A DNA stretch of 64,000 nucleotides from Actinomycetota bacterium (lineage in GTDB: Bacteria > Actinomycetota > Actinomycetes > Nanopelagicales > Nanopelagicaceae): NCBI GenBank assembly GCA_016870975.1, contig VGAE01000001.1, forward strand, positions 69,637 to 133,636, in the 5' to 3' direction. The translations under genes and the position numbers were made by a program. Position 1 is the first letter of the stretch. Every line of letters begins with the position of its first letter. Below, piece after piece: positions 21,583 through 32,523 of the stretch. The notes under the pieces were generated by a model. The model saw only the letters and a list, made by a program, of their open reading frames with translations. It was not told where the DNA came from and ran no database searches.

Positions 21583-22980
21583 CTAGAGATCAGCTGGTGA
21601 AGCCAGCGTTCCTTTAATTGCGGTAGCTGCCGCAACCAGCGGACTCACAAGGTGCGTTCTACCGCCTTTTCCTTGTCGCCCTTCGAAGTTTCGATTACTT
21701 GTGGAGGCCGCTCTTTCCCCTGGCTTTAATTGATCTGGGTTCATACCGAGACACATCGAACATCCCGAGCTTCGCCATTCCGCGCCAGCATCAAGAAATA
21801 CTCGATCTAGACCCTCGGCCTCGGCCTGCAATCTGACGCGGGCTGAGCCGGGGACAACCAACATGCGCGTGTCTCCAGCGATGCGTTTACCCTTGATTAT
21901 TTCTGCGGCTGATCTTAAATCTTCAATTCGACCATTCGTGCACGAGCCGAGAAAAACGGTATCGATTTTTATCGCTTTCATTGGTGTACCGGCTTTTAAA
22001 TCCATATATGCGAGTGCGTTCTGCGCAGCGACTCTCTCTTGCTCGTCGGCAAACTCACTTGGAATTGGCACAGAAGTATTTAGTGGAACACCTTGCCCTG
22101 GATTAGTTCCCCAGGTAACAAATGGAGAAAGTTCATCAGCATTAAGCGTTATCTCTTTATCAAACTTAGCATCAGAATCGCTATGCAAAGTCTTCCAATA
22201 AGCAAGAGCTGCCTCCCATTCTGCCCCCTTGGGAGCGTGGGGTCTTTTCTTAATATATTCAAAAGTTATTTCATCAGGTGCGATCAAACCTGCTCGTGCA
22301 CCAGCTTCAATCGACATATTGCAGATTGTCATTCGAGCTTCCATAGAGAGTTGGCGAATTGCACGACCGCGGTACTCCAAAATATATCCCTGTCCACCGC
22401 CCGTTGAAATCTTCGCAATTACAGCAAGAATGATGTCTTTTGAAGTAACGCCGGGTTTGAGAGTTCCTTCAACATTAATCGCCATCATTTTTGGTCGATT
22501 TAGAGGAAGCGTCTGGGTCGCAAGTACATGTTCAACTTCGCTAGTACCAATTCCAAACGCAAGTGCGCCAAAAGCGCCGTGAGTTGAAGTATGTGAATCT
22601 CCGCAAACTATGGTCATTCCCGGTTGAGTAATACCGAGTTGCGGCCCAACAACGTGGACTATCCCCTGCTCGACATCGCCGAGTGAATGGATTCGAATAC
22701 CAAATTCAGCGCAGTTCTTTCGCAATGTTTCGACTTGTAAACGAGAAACCGGATCTGCAATTGGTTTATCGATATCAATAGTTGGCACATTGTGATCTTC
22801 TGTAGCCAGAGTTAACTCTGGTCGACGCACAGCTCGGCCTGAAAGGCGCAGTCCGTCAAATGCTTGGGGACTGGTAACTTCATGAATTAAATGAAGGTCA
22901 ATGTAGAGAAGATCAGGTTCGCCAGCGCTCTGGCGCACGATATGATCGTTCCAAACTTTTTCGGCCAATGTCTTGCCCAT
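21583..22980 (-). CDS. leuC: 3-isopropylmalate dehydratase large subunit
   Basis: 465 aa, aconitase-family, with [12 protein letters not shown] and [11 protein letters not shown] motifs. Confidence 0.95.
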   Translation of the reverse strand: MGKTLAEKVWNDHIVRQSAGEPDLLYIDLHLIHEVTSPQAFDGLRLSGRAVRRPELTLATEDHNVPTIDIDKPIADPVSRLQVETLRKNCAEFGIRIHSLGDVEQGIVHVVGPQLGITQPGMTIVCGDSHTSTHGAFGALAFGIGTSEVEHVLATQTLPLNRPKMMAINVEGTLKPGVTSKDIILAVIAKISTGGGQGYILEYRGRAIRQLSMEARMTICNMSIEAGARAGLIAPDEITFEYIKKRPHAPKGAEWEAALAYWKTLHSDSDAKFDKEITLNADELSPFVTWGTNPGQGVPLNTSVPIPSEFADEQERVAAQNALAYMDLKAGTPMKAIKIDTVFLGSCTNGRIEDLRSAAEIIKGKRIAGDTRMLVVPGSARVRLQAEAEGLDRVFLDAGAEWRSSGCSMCLGMNPDQLKPGERAASTSNRNFEGRQGKGGRTHLVSPLVAAATAIKGTLASPADL

Positions 22981-23014
22981 TGCCCCCTCCTAACCGCCCA
23001 TCTTTACTTCTCAC

Positions 23015-23755
23015 TTGTTGAGATGGCATTATCAGATTGTGGACAAGAAGAATAGCGGAGTCGGAGTCCTTGATAAAGCGGTAAGAATTTTGACCGTTTT
23101 AGAATCTGGTCCGCATTCTCTGAGCGAGCTCGTAAAGGCGACCAAGATCGCTCGACCAACTGCACATCGCCTAGCGGTAGCCCTGGAGGTACACCGGCTA
23201 GTAGCGCGAGACTTAAATGGTCGATTCATTCTGGGTTCTCGAAATAGCGAATTTGCGGCTGCTACCGGTGAAGACCGATTATTGGCAGTTGCCGTGCCCG
23301 CTCTCGCATCGCTTAGAGATGCAATAGGTGAGAGCGCCCAGTTATATCGCAGACAAGGAGATCAAAGAATCTGCGTTGCCGCAGCAGAGAGAATCTCTGG
23401 ACTTCGTGATTCTGTTCCAGTTGGCGCAGCGTTGACGATGAGCGCTGGATCAGCTGCCCAAGTATTGCTGGCATGGGAAGATGCTGATCGACTTCATCGA
23501 GCGCTTACCTGTGCGAGATTTAGCGCGGCTGCACTGTCGGCGGTTAGGAGACGTGGTTGGGCACAGAGCGTTGGCGAGCGCGAACCTGGAGTTGCATCGG
23601 TTTCAGCGCCAGTGCGAGGACCGAATAACAAAGTCATTGCAGCAGTTAGTATCTCTGGACCAATTGAAAGATTAGGTAGACAACCAGGAAGAATTCACGC
23701 TGCTGCCGTCGTCGCAACAGCAGCGAAATTAAGTGAACACTTATTGAAGAGGTGA
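23015..23755 (+). CDS. IclR-family transcriptional regulator, divergent from leuCD (LtbR-like position)
   Basis: wHTH (LSELVKATKIARPTAHRLAVAL) plus an IclR effector domain. The start is uncertain: TTG 23015 or GTG 23039. Confidence 0.85.
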   Translation: MLRWHYQIVDKKNSGVGVLDKAVRILTVLESGPHSLSELVKATKIARPTAHRLAVALEVHRLVARDLNGRFILGSRNSEFAAATGEDRLLAVAVPALASLRDAIGESAQLYRRQGDQRICVAAAERISGLRDSVPVGAALTMSAGSAAQVLLAWEDADRLHRALTCARFSAAALSAVRRRGWAQSVGEREPGVASVSAPVRGPNNKVIAAVSISGPIERLGRQPGRIHAAAVVATAAKLSEHLLKR

Positions 23756-23761
23756 TCACGA

Positions 23762-23837
23762 TGGCAGCCCCGAAGGGATTCGAACCCTCGTAGCTGGCTT
23801 GAGAAGCCAGAGTCCTAGGCCACTAGACGACGGGGCC
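23762..23837 (-). tRNA. tRNA-Glu (anticodon CUC), CCA encoded
   Basis: Hand-folded. Acceptor GGCCCCG/CGGGGCT, anticodon stem CUGGC/GCCAG with loop UUCUCAA, T-loop GGTTCGAATCC. Confidence 0.9.
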
Positions 23838-23857
23838 ATCGATATTTAGTTTTCCTG

Positions 23858-23929
23858 CTGGGGTACCAGGACTCGAACCTAGACAAGCTGAACCAGAATC
23901 AGCTGGGCTGCCAATTACCCCATACCCCA
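23858..23929 (-). tRNA. tRNA-Gln (anticodon CUG)
   Basis: Hand-folded. 5' TGGGGTA pairs with 3' TACCCCA. Anticodon stem GCUGA/UCAGC with loop UUCUGGU, T-loop GGTTCGAGTCC. No encoded CCA. Confidence 0.9.
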
Positions 23930-23955
23930 AAGCGCTAAGAATAGCGCGAAGTTAG

Positions 23956-25410
23956 CTAGTTGATTGCCTCCCGCAATCTCTGCATTGAAACTTCCCTGCC
24001 GAGAATTTCCATTGATTCAAAGAGTGGTGGCGAAATCGGGCTACCGGTTACGGCAATTCTTACGGGGCCAAATGCCAATCTAGGTTTTAACCCTAACCCA
24101 TCAAGAAGTGACTTTCGCAGCGCTTCTTCAATTTGCGTATGGCTCCAATCGCTAAGTGCTTCAAGAGACGCGACAGCGTTCTGCAGGACTTTCTGTGAAT
24201 CAGCCTCGATTAGTTTACTTTTTGTTTCTTCATCAAATTCTAATTTTGTCTTGAAAAGAAAGCTGAGCATTGGCACAACTTCACTTAGTTTAATTATTCG
24301 CTCTTGAATTATTGGGAGAGCCTTCCTCACTAAAGAAACCTCGGTTTCGGTTCCTTTGATCACGCTATCTTGAAGTAGGAATGGCAAGGAGCGTTCCAAG
24401 AATTCTGTAATAGAAAGTGCTCGAATTTTATCTCCGTTTATAGCTTCTAGTTTCTTCATATCAAATCTAGCTGGAGAACTATTTACTCTATCGACTGTAA
24501 AGAGTTCAGTTAACTCCTTCATAGAAATATTCTCTCGATCGTTACCCGGAGACCAACCTAAAAGCGCCAAATAATTGCAGATAGCCTCTGGTAAGAAACC
24601 CTCCTCGCGGTACCAAGCAATAGAAACTTCGCCGTTTCGTTTTGATAACTTCGCATTATCTGTGCCCATTACAAAAGGTAGATGGGCGAATTCTGGGATA
24701 TCTGATTCTGCAACGCCCATAGCTTGATACACGCGAATCTGTCTCGGTGTTGATGAGAGTAAGTCTTCACCTCTTAAAACATGAGTAATCTTCATTAAAA
24801 CATCATCTACGGCTACTGCTAACGTATAAAGAGGCGATCCATCTGCGCGCATCAACACAAAATCAGGAACATATTTATGCTCGAATACAACTTCACCTCG
24901 AATTAAGTCTCGAAACTTAGTTTCGCCATCTGGCATGCGCATTCGAATAACTGGTTTTCTTCCTTCATCCTGATATCTCTTGATATCCGAGTCGCTAAGA
25001 GAGCGGCATTTTCCATCGTAGCCTGGCGCTTGATTTTTTTCACGTTGAGCTTCTCTGCGTGACTCCAACTCTTCCGTAGTGCAATAACAGTTATAGGCGT
25101 CGCCATTTCGTAAGATTGTTTCGGCCCAATCTTTATAAATTTCTAATCGCTGCGACTGTAAATATGGACCGTATGGTCCGCCAATCTCAGGACCTTCATC
25201 CCAATTAATTCCTAGCCACTTTAGGGTATCGATAGCGCGCCCGATGTATTCATCGGTAACTCTTTCTCTATCCGTATCCTCTATTCGAAAAATTAATTTT
25301 CCATTGGTGTGCCGAGCATATGCCCAAGCAAATAAGGCAGTACGAATATTGCCTACATGTAGATCGCCAGTAGGAGATGGCGCAAATCTGGTTCGTACTT
25401 CGCGGGTCAT
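23956..25410 (-). CDS. gltX: Glutamate--tRNA ligase
   Basis: 484 aa with a HIGH-type HVGNIRTA and KMSKS-type KLSKR. tRNA-Gln and tRNA-Glu lie immediately downstream. Confidence 0.95.
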   Translation of the reverse strand: MTREVRTRFAPSPTGDLHVGNIRTALFAWAYARHTNGKLIFRIEDTDRERVTDEYIGRAIDTLKWLGINWDEGPEIGGPYGPYLQSQRLEIYKDWAETILRNGDAYNCYCTTEELESRREAQREKNQAPGYDGKCRSLSDSDIKRYQDEGRKPVIRMRMPDGETKFRDLIRGEVVFEHKYVPDFVLMRADGSPLYTLAVAVDDVLMKITHVLRGEDLLSSTPRQIRVYQAMGVAESDIPEFAHLPFVMGTDNAKLSKRNGEVSIAWYREEGFLPEAICNYLALLGWSPGNDRENISMKELTELFTVDRVNSSPARFDMKKLEAINGDKIRALSITEFLERSLPFLLQDSVIKGTETEVSLVRKALPIIQERIIKLSEVVPMLSFLFKTKLEFDEETKSKLIEADSQKVLQNAVASLEALSDWSHTQIEEALRKSLLDGLGLKPRLAFGPVRIAVTGSPISPPLFESMEILGREVSMQRLREAIN

Positions 25411-26189
25411 CTCATCACCGTATTTACAAGCTCGCCTATGCCCTCGATTGCAACTGAAACTTTGCTTCCTGGAACCATCGGGCCAATGCCGGCCGGCGTG
25501 CCAGTAAGAATTAAGTCACCGGGAAGCAACGTCATAATTCGAGTCACGAAGGCGATTATCGTGGGAATGTCGAAGACCATCTGATCTAGCCTCGCCGATT
25601 GCTTTATCTCGCCTCCAATTCTTGCCGAAATTTCTTGGTTTCCTGGCCTAAATTCAGTTTCGATCCAAGGTCCGATAGGGCAGAAAGTGTCAAAGCTCTT
25701 TGCTCTTGTCCACTGTCCATCTGCTTTTTGAAGATCTCGAGCGGTCACGTCATTAGCAATCGTGTAACCAAAAACTACATCAGAATATTTTTCCTTTGGT
25801 ACATCTTTACATATTCTAGAGATCACAACAGCAAGTTCAACTTCGTGATCTACTCGAGAACTATCTTCCGGCCAGCGAATAACTTCATCTGGCCCAATAA
25901 TGGAAGTATTCGGCTTTAAGAAAATTATCGGCTCATTTGGAACATCACTACCCATTTCGGTTGCATGATCAGCATAATTTTTTCCAACACATACAATTTT
26001 GCTTCTTGGTATTACCGGAGCCAATAACTTAACCTCGAACTTCTTGATTTTTTCATCAAGTGGCAATATTCCCGAGTAAAGCGGGTCTCCGGAAATCAAC
26101 CTTATTGAATCCTCATTTTCAAGGATTCCAAATTGGGGATCGCTACCCAAAGAAGTTTTCTTACTGGGTGTAAAACGTACAATTCTCAT
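25407..26189 (-). CDS. Fumarylacetoacetate hydrolase (FAH) family protein
   Basis: 260 aa with FAH-fold motifs (GKNYADH, ELAVVI, LTGTPAGIG). Conserved neighbour of gltX in actinobacteria. Confidence 0.85.
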   Translation of the reverse strand: MRIVRFTPSKKTSLGSDPQFGILENEDSIRLISGDPLYSGILPLDEKIKKFEVKLLAPVIPRSKIVCVGKNYADHATEMGSDVPNEPIIFLKPNTSIIGPDEVIRWPEDSSRVDHEVELAVVISRICKDVPKEKYSDVVFGYTIANDVTARDLQKADGQWTRAKSFDTFCPIGPWIETEFRPGNQEISARIGGEIKQSARLDQMVFDIPTIIAFVTRIMTLLPGDLILTGTPAGIGPMVPGSKVSVAIEGIGELVNTVMR

Positions 26190-26198
26190 TTTTTAGAC

Positions 26199-27515
26199 CT
26201 AATCATTTTCAGAATCGTACTCATCAGAATTTTTTGTTGTCATCCGCTCAACAAGTACGGTTCCAATACGATGCCTCCGGCCGACTGGACGCTCTGCCAC
26301 AATTTTCCAATCATGAAGAATTATTTCGCTACCCGGAATTGGGACGCGACCAAGTTTCTTCGCCATGTATCCGCCGATAGTGTCGACATCTTCACGCTCT
26401 TCCTCATCCAATTCAAATTCCAAGTGATCTACTAAGTCTTCAAGGTGAAGTCGCGCCGACGCTCTTGCTTTTAGATTAGGCGTTAACCATTCAATCTCAT
26501 CGACGTCATCATCGTATTCGTCAGCAATTTCACCCACAATTTCCTCAATGATGTCTTCGATAGTTATCAATCCGGCAGTTCCACCATATTCGTCTACCAC
26601 AATAGCTAGATGGATCTGGTCGCACTGCATCTCTTTCAAAAGATCAGCTGCCGTCTTCGTTTCTGGGACAAAGGTTGCAGGCCTTATATGTGAAGATACC
26701 AATTCCTGTGTCTCAGATTCTCGATACTCATGGACTCTCTTGGCTAAGTCTTTTACATAAGCGATTCCAATTATGTTATCTAACCCTTCGCCGATAACAG
26801 GAATTCTGGTAAAGCCAGATCTCAGTGCAAGAGATAGACCTTGTCTAAGATTCTTGTTTCCTTCGATCCATACCATCTCGATTCTTGGAACCATCAATTC
26901 TCGAACTAAGGTGTCACCCAACTCGAAAACTGAGTGAATCATCTCGTGTTCAGTCTCTTCAACTAGGCCACGTTCTCGTGCTTGATCAACTAAGTCGCGT
27001 AGCTCTGCTTCATTTGCGAATGGCCCACTTTTAAAACCCTTACCTGGGGTGATTGCGTTTCCGATGGCAATTAATAGTGCAGGGATTGGTCCCAAGACTT
27101 TCGAAAGTAGAACGGCGGCGATGCTTGCTGGAACGATCCATGAACCAGCACGTTGTTTCCCCAGAGTTCTAGGGCCGACTCCCACGACTACATAAGAGAG
27201 CGTCAACATAGTGAATACTGAGATCGCCAAGGCCCAATTAAGGGAAGCGATTTCGCCAATTAATGATTGTGCAACAAGAACCGTGGCCGTTAACTCTGAA
27301 GCCTTTCGGACAAAAAGTAAAACATTCAAATAGCGAGCCGGTTCTGACAAAATCTTTCTGACCCATGATGCGCTTCGCGACGATTTCTTTAATTCTTCTA
27401 CATACACCCGCGAAACAGAGTTAATTGCGGCCTCGCTACCTGCGAGAAATCCAGCAAAAAGTAGAAGCAAAACGACTAGCATTAAGGTTAACGGGTTCAT
27501 GGGCGACAACGCCAT
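26199..27515 (-). CDS. CNNM/CorC-type membrane protein (DUF21 + 2 CBS + CorC_HlyC)
   Basis: 438 aa with TM helices at the N-terminus, a CBS pair and a C-terminal transporter-associated domain. Overlaps ybeY in the phoH-ybeY-corC operon. Confidence 0.85.
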   Translation of the reverse strand: MALSPMNPLTLMLVVLLLLFAGFLAGSEAAINSVSRVYVEELKKSSRSASWVRKILSEPARYLNVLLFVRKASELTATVLVAQSLIGEIASLNWALAISVFTMLTLSYVVVGVGPRTLGKQRAGSWIVPASIAAVLLSKVLGPIPALLIAIGNAITPGKGFKSGPFANEAELRDLVDQARERGLVEETEHEMIHSVFELGDTLVRELMVPRIEMVWIEGNKNLRQGLSLALRSGFTRIPVIGEGLDNIIGIAYVKDLAKRVHEYRESETQELVSSHIRPATFVPETKTAADLLKEMQCDQIHLAIVVDEYGGTAGLITIEDIIEEIVGEIADEYDDDVDEIEWLTPNLKARASARLHLEDLVDHLEFELDEEEREDVDTIGGYMAKKLGRVPIPGSEIILHDWKIVAERPVGRRHRIGTVLVERMTTKNSDEYDSEND

Positions 27516-27943
27516 TCTCTCAGAATCTTATCCTGACGCGAGAACATCGCTGTTTTCTCGGCATTTTCTCGATGATCAAATCCCAAAAGATGTAGGACCC
27601 CATGAACAAATAAAATCTCAAGCTCATCCTGCAGTGAGTGTCCAATGTCTTTAGCTTGCTTCTTTGCATAATTTGGACAAAGAACTATGTCACCTAGTAG
27701 TCCGGGACCGTCAGTTGAGGAGTTTGGTTTAATTTCATCTATAGGAAATGAGAGAACATCGGTAGGGCCTGATTCATTTAGCCATTGCATGTGAAGCGAA
27801 CTCATCTCTTCCTCATCTACTAATGAAATGCTTAACTCCGAATCTGGATGAATTCCAAATTGACTAATACAGAATTCGGCAAGAGCTTCCAGACGACTGG
27901 TATCGACATTAAAATTTGTAAGATTCGTAAGATCGATGTACAT
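27497..27943 (-). CDS. ybeY: rRNA maturation endoribonuclease YbeY
   Basis: 148 aa with the HGVLHLLGFDH zinc motif. Confidence 0.95.
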   Translation of the reverse strand: MYIDLTNLTNFNVDTSRLEALAEFCISQFGIHPDSELSISLVDEEEMSSLHMQWLNESGPTDVLSFPIDEIKPNSSTDGPGLLGDIVLCPNYAKKQAKDIGHSLQDELEILFVHGVLHLLGFDHRENAEKTAMFSRQDKILREWRCRP

Positions 27944-27962
27944 AATTAATTACCTATGGCGT

Positions 27963-29012
27963 TTAGCGCTCGTTACGAAGTGAGCGTGGCTTATTCTCTC
28001 TTCGTGCCGCGCGATTACCTTGATTGTCGAATCGACCGTATGCATCGACTATCTCACTTACAAGACGATGTCTGACAACATCTTCAGAGGTCAGTTCCAT
28101 AAATGCAATGTCTGCTAATCCTTCTAGGATTCCTTGAACTATCGATAGCCCAGATTCCTGATGGCTCGGTAAATCAATCTGTGTGATGTCGCCTGTAACG
28201 ACCATTTTTGATCCGAAGCCGAGCCGCGTTAGAAACATTTTCATCTGTTCTGGGGAGGTGTTTTGGGCTTCATCTAAAATAATAAAGGAATCATTTAAAG
28301 TACGACCTCGCATGTAAGCCAGTGGGGCTACTTCAATTGTGCCGGATGACATTAATCTTGGAATTGCATCTGGATCTAACATGTCATGAAGTGCGTCAAA
28401 GAGTGGGCGCAGGTACGGATCAATTTTTTCATGAAGCGTCCCCGGCAAAAAACCTAAACGTTCCCCAGCTTCTACAGCTGGGCGCGTCAAAATTATTCGA
28501 TTAATCTGTTTTGCCTGAAGGGATTGAACTGCCTTCGCCATAGCGAGATAAGTTTTTCCAGTACCTGCGGGTCCAATACCGAAAGTAACGGTGTTCTTAT
28601 CTATTGCATCAACATACCTCTTTTGATTTACCGTTTTGGGGCGTATTGTCTTTCCACGCGAACTCAATATATTTAAAGTTAATACCTCGGCAGGGGATTC
28701 ATTACCATCACTGAGAATCATTGAAATAGATCTCCGAACCGCGTCATCACTTAAAGGTTGACCTGCCCGAACCACCGCCAGAAAATTTTCGACTAACCGC
28801 TCAACTTTGGCTACTGAATCAGCAGGACCTTTAAGAGAAATTTCATTGCCCCGAACCGTAGTGACAACTTCCGGAAATGCTCGCTCAATCGCCCTTACAT
28901 ATGAGTCATTTGGGCCAGTCAGAGATACGCTGGAAATATCGGACGGTAATTTGATTAGCGCGCTGGGCATCGTCTCAATTCTATCCGGGTGGCCATCCAA
29001 AGGCTCGCCCAC
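27963..29012 (-). CDS. phoH: PhoH-like ATPase
   Basis: 349 aa with Walker A GPAGTGKTYLA and the ILDEAQN box. An alternative ATG at 28970 would remove the overlap with the HIT gene. Confidence 0.9.
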   Translation of the reverse strand: MGEPLDGHPDRIETMPSALIKLPSDISSVSLTGPNDSYVRAIERAFPEVVTTVRGNEISLKGPADSVAKVERLVENFLAVVRAGQPLSDDAVRRSISMILSDGNESPAEVLTLNILSSRGKTIRPKTVNQKRYVDAIDKNTVTFGIGPAGTGKTYLAMAKAVQSLQAKQINRIILTRPAVEAGERLGFLPGTLHEKIDPYLRPLFDALHDMLDPDAIPRLMSSGTIEVAPLAYMRGRTLNDSFIILDEAQNTSPEQMKMFLTRLGFGSKMVVTGDITQIDLPSHQESGLSIVQGILEGLADIAFMELTSEDVVRHRLVSEIVDAYGRFDNQGNRAARRENKPRSLRNER

Positions 29013-29316
29013 CTATCAGGTGTAGATGAGCGTGAAAGACTGATTGGCCAGCTTCAGCGCCAGTATTAAAGACCGTTCTATAACCTGAGAGCCCGCGACC
29101 TTTTGCCAACTCTTTGGCAACTCTAAACATCTCAGCAAGAATTTCAGCATCGCTCTCGGCAATCTCTCCGGCGTTCTCAAAATGTTTTTTGGGAACAATT
29201 AATAAATGGGTAGGAGCTTGGGGATTTATATCATCGAATGCGATTACTTCATTGCGATCATAAATCAATTTCGCCGGGATTTCACCCACGATAATCTTGC
29301 AGAATATGCATTCCAT
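28981..29316 (-). CDS. HIT-family (histidine triad) protein
   Basis: 111 aa with the HAHLHLIGG histidine triad. Confidence 0.9.
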   Translation of the reverse strand: MECIFCKIIVGEIPAKLIYDRNEVIAFDDINPQAPTHLLIVPKKHFENAGEIAESDAEILAEMFRVAKELAKGRGLSGYRTVFNTGAEAGQSVFHAHLHLIGGRAFGWPPG

Positions 29317-29325
29317 GGTTGATAT

Positions 29326-30048
29326 CTACCAGATTTTGAAGCCAGTTTGTACCGCAGCGAGAGCGGCTACACCAGCGTGAGCGGAGCGAAATACCGGTCT
29401 GCCTAGTTTTACTCCTCGGGCTCCAGCCGAAAGGAATCCGGCATATTCATCTTCAGTTATGCCACCCTCGGGACCAATAATTATTGTTACTTCTTTTGGA
29501 GGTTCTAAATCAAAATTTTCACTAAGTTTAGAGTCACATGATTCATGGAAAACAAAAGTTAAATCGCTATCTTGAATTCTATTTTTGAGTTGTGAAGTCG
29601 TATGCACGTCTAGGATTTGAGGTATCCAACTTCTTCTGGATTGCTTTGTAGCCTCTCGCGTCCAGGATTTCCATTTAGAGAGCGCATCCTTTTCCTCCTT
29701 CCATTGTCCGACGGATTTGGCGGCTTGCCACGGAATTATGATTTCCGCTCCTCCTTCAGTTAACAATTCAATAGTCTCGCGTGCTCGATCGCCTTTAGTT
29801 AAAGCTTGGACGATGATCATAATAGTTCTTGGCCGAGGCTCATCGATTACATCAAGAATTCGACAACCAACGTTTCTCTTGTTTATATCAAGTACTTCAA
29901 CTTCAGCGCGACGTCCAGTGCCATTGGTAACCGAGATTCGTTCGCCGGCTTTAACGCGGGCCACTCCGACATGGTGCGCTTCATCGCCTTCAATAACTAC
30001 ATCTCCCCGAACCGGAATGTTTTCGACAATGAATAGAGGTAACATCAT
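29326..30048 (-). CDS. rsmE: 16S rRNA (uracil1498-N3)-methyltransferase RsmE
   Basis: 240 aa, PUA-like N-terminus plus SPOUT C-terminus (IIGPEGG). Conserved after dnaJ. Confidence 0.85.
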   Translation of the reverse strand: MMLPLFIVENIPVRGDVVIEGDEAHHVGVARVKAGERISVTNGTGRRAEVEVLDINKRNVGCRILDVIDEPRPRTIMIIVQALTKGDRARETIELLTEGGAEIIIPWQAAKSVGQWKEEKDALSKWKSWTREATKQSRRSWIPQILDVHTTSQLKNRIQDSDLTFVFHESCDSKLSENFDLEPPKEVTIIIGPEGGITEDEYAGFLSAGARGVKLGRPVFRSAHAGVAALAAVQTGFKIW

Positions 30049-31145
30049 TGACCTCGTAGCGCATCTCTGAATTTAGTAAATAAACCGCCTTCACTTCCCT
30101 TTCGAACCTGATTCGCTTGAGCAGTCTCGCCACGCATCTTCGCCAGTGATCGAAGTAGCTCTTCTTCAGGTTTAGAAAGTTTGGTCGGTACCTCTACATT
30201 TAAGTGGACATATAGTTCGCCACGACCACTGCCTCTAAGTCGAGTCATTCCTTTTCCTCTGATTGGAATGACATCACCGCTTTGGGCTCCAGGCTTTATT
30301 TCCACTGGGATTTCTCCATCTAGCGTCTCAACGCTCTGAGCACTTCCAAGAGCGGCACTTGTCATTGGAATATTTAGTTGGAGATGGAGATTATCGCCAT
30401 CACGCACCAAAAATTCATTTTCTTCTATCTCGATCTCGACATAAAGATCGCCGGCCGGCCCACCGCCGGGTCCAACTTCGCCTTGGCCGCTGAGTTGAAT
30501 GCGATTGCCAGAATCAACGCCAGCTGGGATCTTTACATCAATCTCTCGTCGAGAGCGCACGCGACCATCGCCATCACATTCTCGACATGGATTAGCAATT
30601 ACAGTTCCATAACCCTGGCAGGTGCCGCATGGTCTAGATGTCATAACCTGACCAATAAATGAGCGAGTTACTTGTTGAACTTCACCTCTTCCCCGACAAA
30701 TATCGCACGTCTTGGGCGAACTTCCTGTTTCGCATCCATCGCCTCCGCACTTAGTACAGATAACTGCAGTCTCTACGGCTAATTTTTTTGTAACTCCGAA
30801 ACAAGCTTCGCCGAGATTGATATCTACACGAATAAGCGCATCTTGACCTTGGCGCATTCGCGGTCTCGGTCCACGGGCCGATCCCCCGCCAAAAAACGCA
30901 TCCATAATGTCGCTAAATCCGCCAAATCCACCCGCGAATCCTTCGCCACCCCGGTCATATGAATTTCTCTTTTGTGGATCGCTAAGGACTTCATAAGCTG
31001 CAGTAATTTCTTTGAATTTATCTTGAACTTTAGGATCTGGATTCACATCAGGATGCATTTCGCGAGCCAGCTTTCTATAGGCACGCTTTATCTCGTCCTG
31101 AGATGCACTTCGATCAATTCCGAGAGTTTGATAAAGATCTGCCAT
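30045..31145 (-). CDS. dnaJ: Chaperone DnaJ
   Basis: J-domain with HPD, a G/F region and four CxxCxGxG repeats (CTKCGGDG, CDICRGRG, CGTCQGYG, CRECDGDG). Confidence 0.95.
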   Translation of the reverse strand: MADLYQTLGIDRSASQDEIKRAYRKLAREMHPDVNPDPKVQDKFKEITAAYEVLSDPQKRNSYDRGGEGFAGGFGGFSDIMDAFFGGGSARGPRPRMRQGQDALIRVDINLGEACFGVTKKLAVETAVICTKCGGDGCETGSSPKTCDICRGRGEVQQVTRSFIGQVMTSRPCGTCQGYGTVIANPCRECDGDGRVRSRREIDVKIPAGVDSGNRIQLSGQGEVGPGGGPAGDLYVEIEIEENEFLVRDGDNLHLQLNIPMTSAALGSAQSVETLDGEIPVEIKPGAQSGDVIPIRGKGMTRLRGSGRGELYVHLNVEVPTKLSKPEEELLRSLAKMRGETAQANQVRKGSEGGLFTKFRDALRGQ

Positions 31146-32158
31146 TACTTACCATCCGTTAGGAATCTTCCAACATAACGTGCTACTGCTTGGACTGCGG
31201 ACATCGAGGTTACATAATCCATACGAGTTGGACCAAGTACCCCGAGAGCGCCAAACGAATTCCCGTCATTGCCATATCCCACCGTTACCAAACTAGTAGT
31301 TTTCAAACTCTTTTCTGGCTGTTCTGAACCGATTCTCACACCAATGGTTTCTCCAAAATCACTGAGCAACCTCAACAACACAACTTGTTCTTCTAGAATC
31401 TCTAGAACGCCATGAATGTCACTGGATACTTCACTTCCAGAGCGAGTTAAGTTTGCAGTTCCAGCCAAGACCACTCTTTCCTCAGATTTTTCCAGTGACA
31501 TTTCAATAAGATTTGAAATTATCAAGGCCGCTGAAGTTCTCTCTTCTCGCGATAAAAATTCCAGTAACGATTCAAGTGAATTTGCGACATCAGCCATGCT
31601 CTTACCAAAAACTAGATTATTCATTTTCGACTTTAAATCTGAGAGGGAATTCTCGGCTAGCGAATATGGCAACTCTAGAACCCGCTGCTCAACTCGCCCA
31701 GTGTTTGTAATTAAGACAAGCATCAGTCTTCTTGGCGTCAACAGGAGAAGTTCTATGTGGCGAACCTTGGATTTTGCAATCATTGGATATTGGACAACTG
31801 CAACCTGCTTAGTAACTTGAGCAAGCAGGCGCACCGTTCTCATTACGACGTCGTCTAAGTCATTCGCGCCCTCCAGAAAAGTTTCAATCGCCCGTCGCTC
31901 TGCAGCGGAAAGTGGTTTAATCTTCGCAAGTTTGTCGACGAAGAGTCGATAACCTTTATCGGTAGGTATACGACCGGCGCTGGCATGAGGTTGCGTAATA
32001 AACCCTGCCTCCTCTAATACCGCCATCTCATTTCTAATGGTCGCTGAGGAAATTCCTAGGCCGTGGCGTTCTGCTATCGAACGAGAGCCAACTGGCTCTT
32101 CAGTGGCGACGTATTCTTGGACAATCGCTCGTAATATTTCTAGCTGTCTAGATTCCAT
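31145..32158 (-). CDS. hrcA: Heat-inducible transcription repressor HrcA
   Basis: 337 aa with a wHTH N-terminus (SRSIAERHGLGISSATIRNEMAVLEE). Conserved hrcA-dnaJ pairing. Confidence 0.9.
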   Translation of the reverse strand: MESRQLEILRAIVQEYVATEEPVGSRSIAERHGLGISSATIRNEMAVLEEAGFITQPHASAGRIPTDKGYRLFVDKLAKIKPLSAAERRAIETFLEGANDLDDVVMRTVRLLAQVTKQVAVVQYPMIAKSKVRHIELLLLTPRRLMLVLITNTGRVEQRVLELPYSLAENSLSDLKSKMNNLVFGKSMADVANSLESLLEFLSREERTSAALIISNLIEMSLEKSEERVVLAGTANLTRSGSEVSSDIHGVLEILEEQVVLLRLLSDFGETIGVRIGSEQPEKSLKTTSLVTVGYGNDGNSFGALGVLGPTRMDYVTSMSAVQAVARYVGRFLTDGK

Positions 32159-32164
32159 AGCAGC

Positions 32165-32509
32165 CTAAATCGAAGCAATCCCAAAAGTTGCAATCAGTAG
32201 TAATAACATCGCAGGAAATGCAGTGCGCGATTTATTTGCTCGAAAATGGAAGAATATTGCGCCTGCCATAATTATCCAGATTGTGATTAGTCCGTAGATT
32301 TGAAGATCAATATTATCTAGCGCAAAACCAACAGCCAAAGAGAGTGCTGCCAAGGTTTCTAGCATTCCCACCAACCTAGCCAAACCATCTGGAACGCTCA
32401 CATCTCTAGTTCCTGATAAACCAGCCGCACTGCCACTCGCTTTTGATAGTCCAGCAATCAAGAAGACTACGGCTAGGAAGAGGACGACGACGGTGTTTGC
32501 AGTCTGCAT
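32165..32509 (-). CDS. Small 4-TM membrane protein, DoxX-like
   Basis: 114 aa with four hydrophobic segments. The DoxX assignment is a weak pattern call. Confidence 0.5.
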   Translation of the reverse strand: MQTANTVVVLFLAVVFLIAGLSKASGSAAGLSGTRDVSVPDGLARLVGMLETLAALSLAVGFALDNIDLQIYGLITIWIIMAGAIFFHFRANKSRTAFPAMLLLLIATFGIASI

Positions 32510-32523
32510 AGGGAGTGAAGTTA

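Noticed and set aside
23009-23023. TCTCA-N5-TGAGA inverted repeat in the leuC/IclR divergent spacer, a possible IclR operator.
   Set aside because: With arms of only 5 bp it is expected by chance. It also overlaps the possible TTG start of the regulator. The evidence is too weak to call a site.
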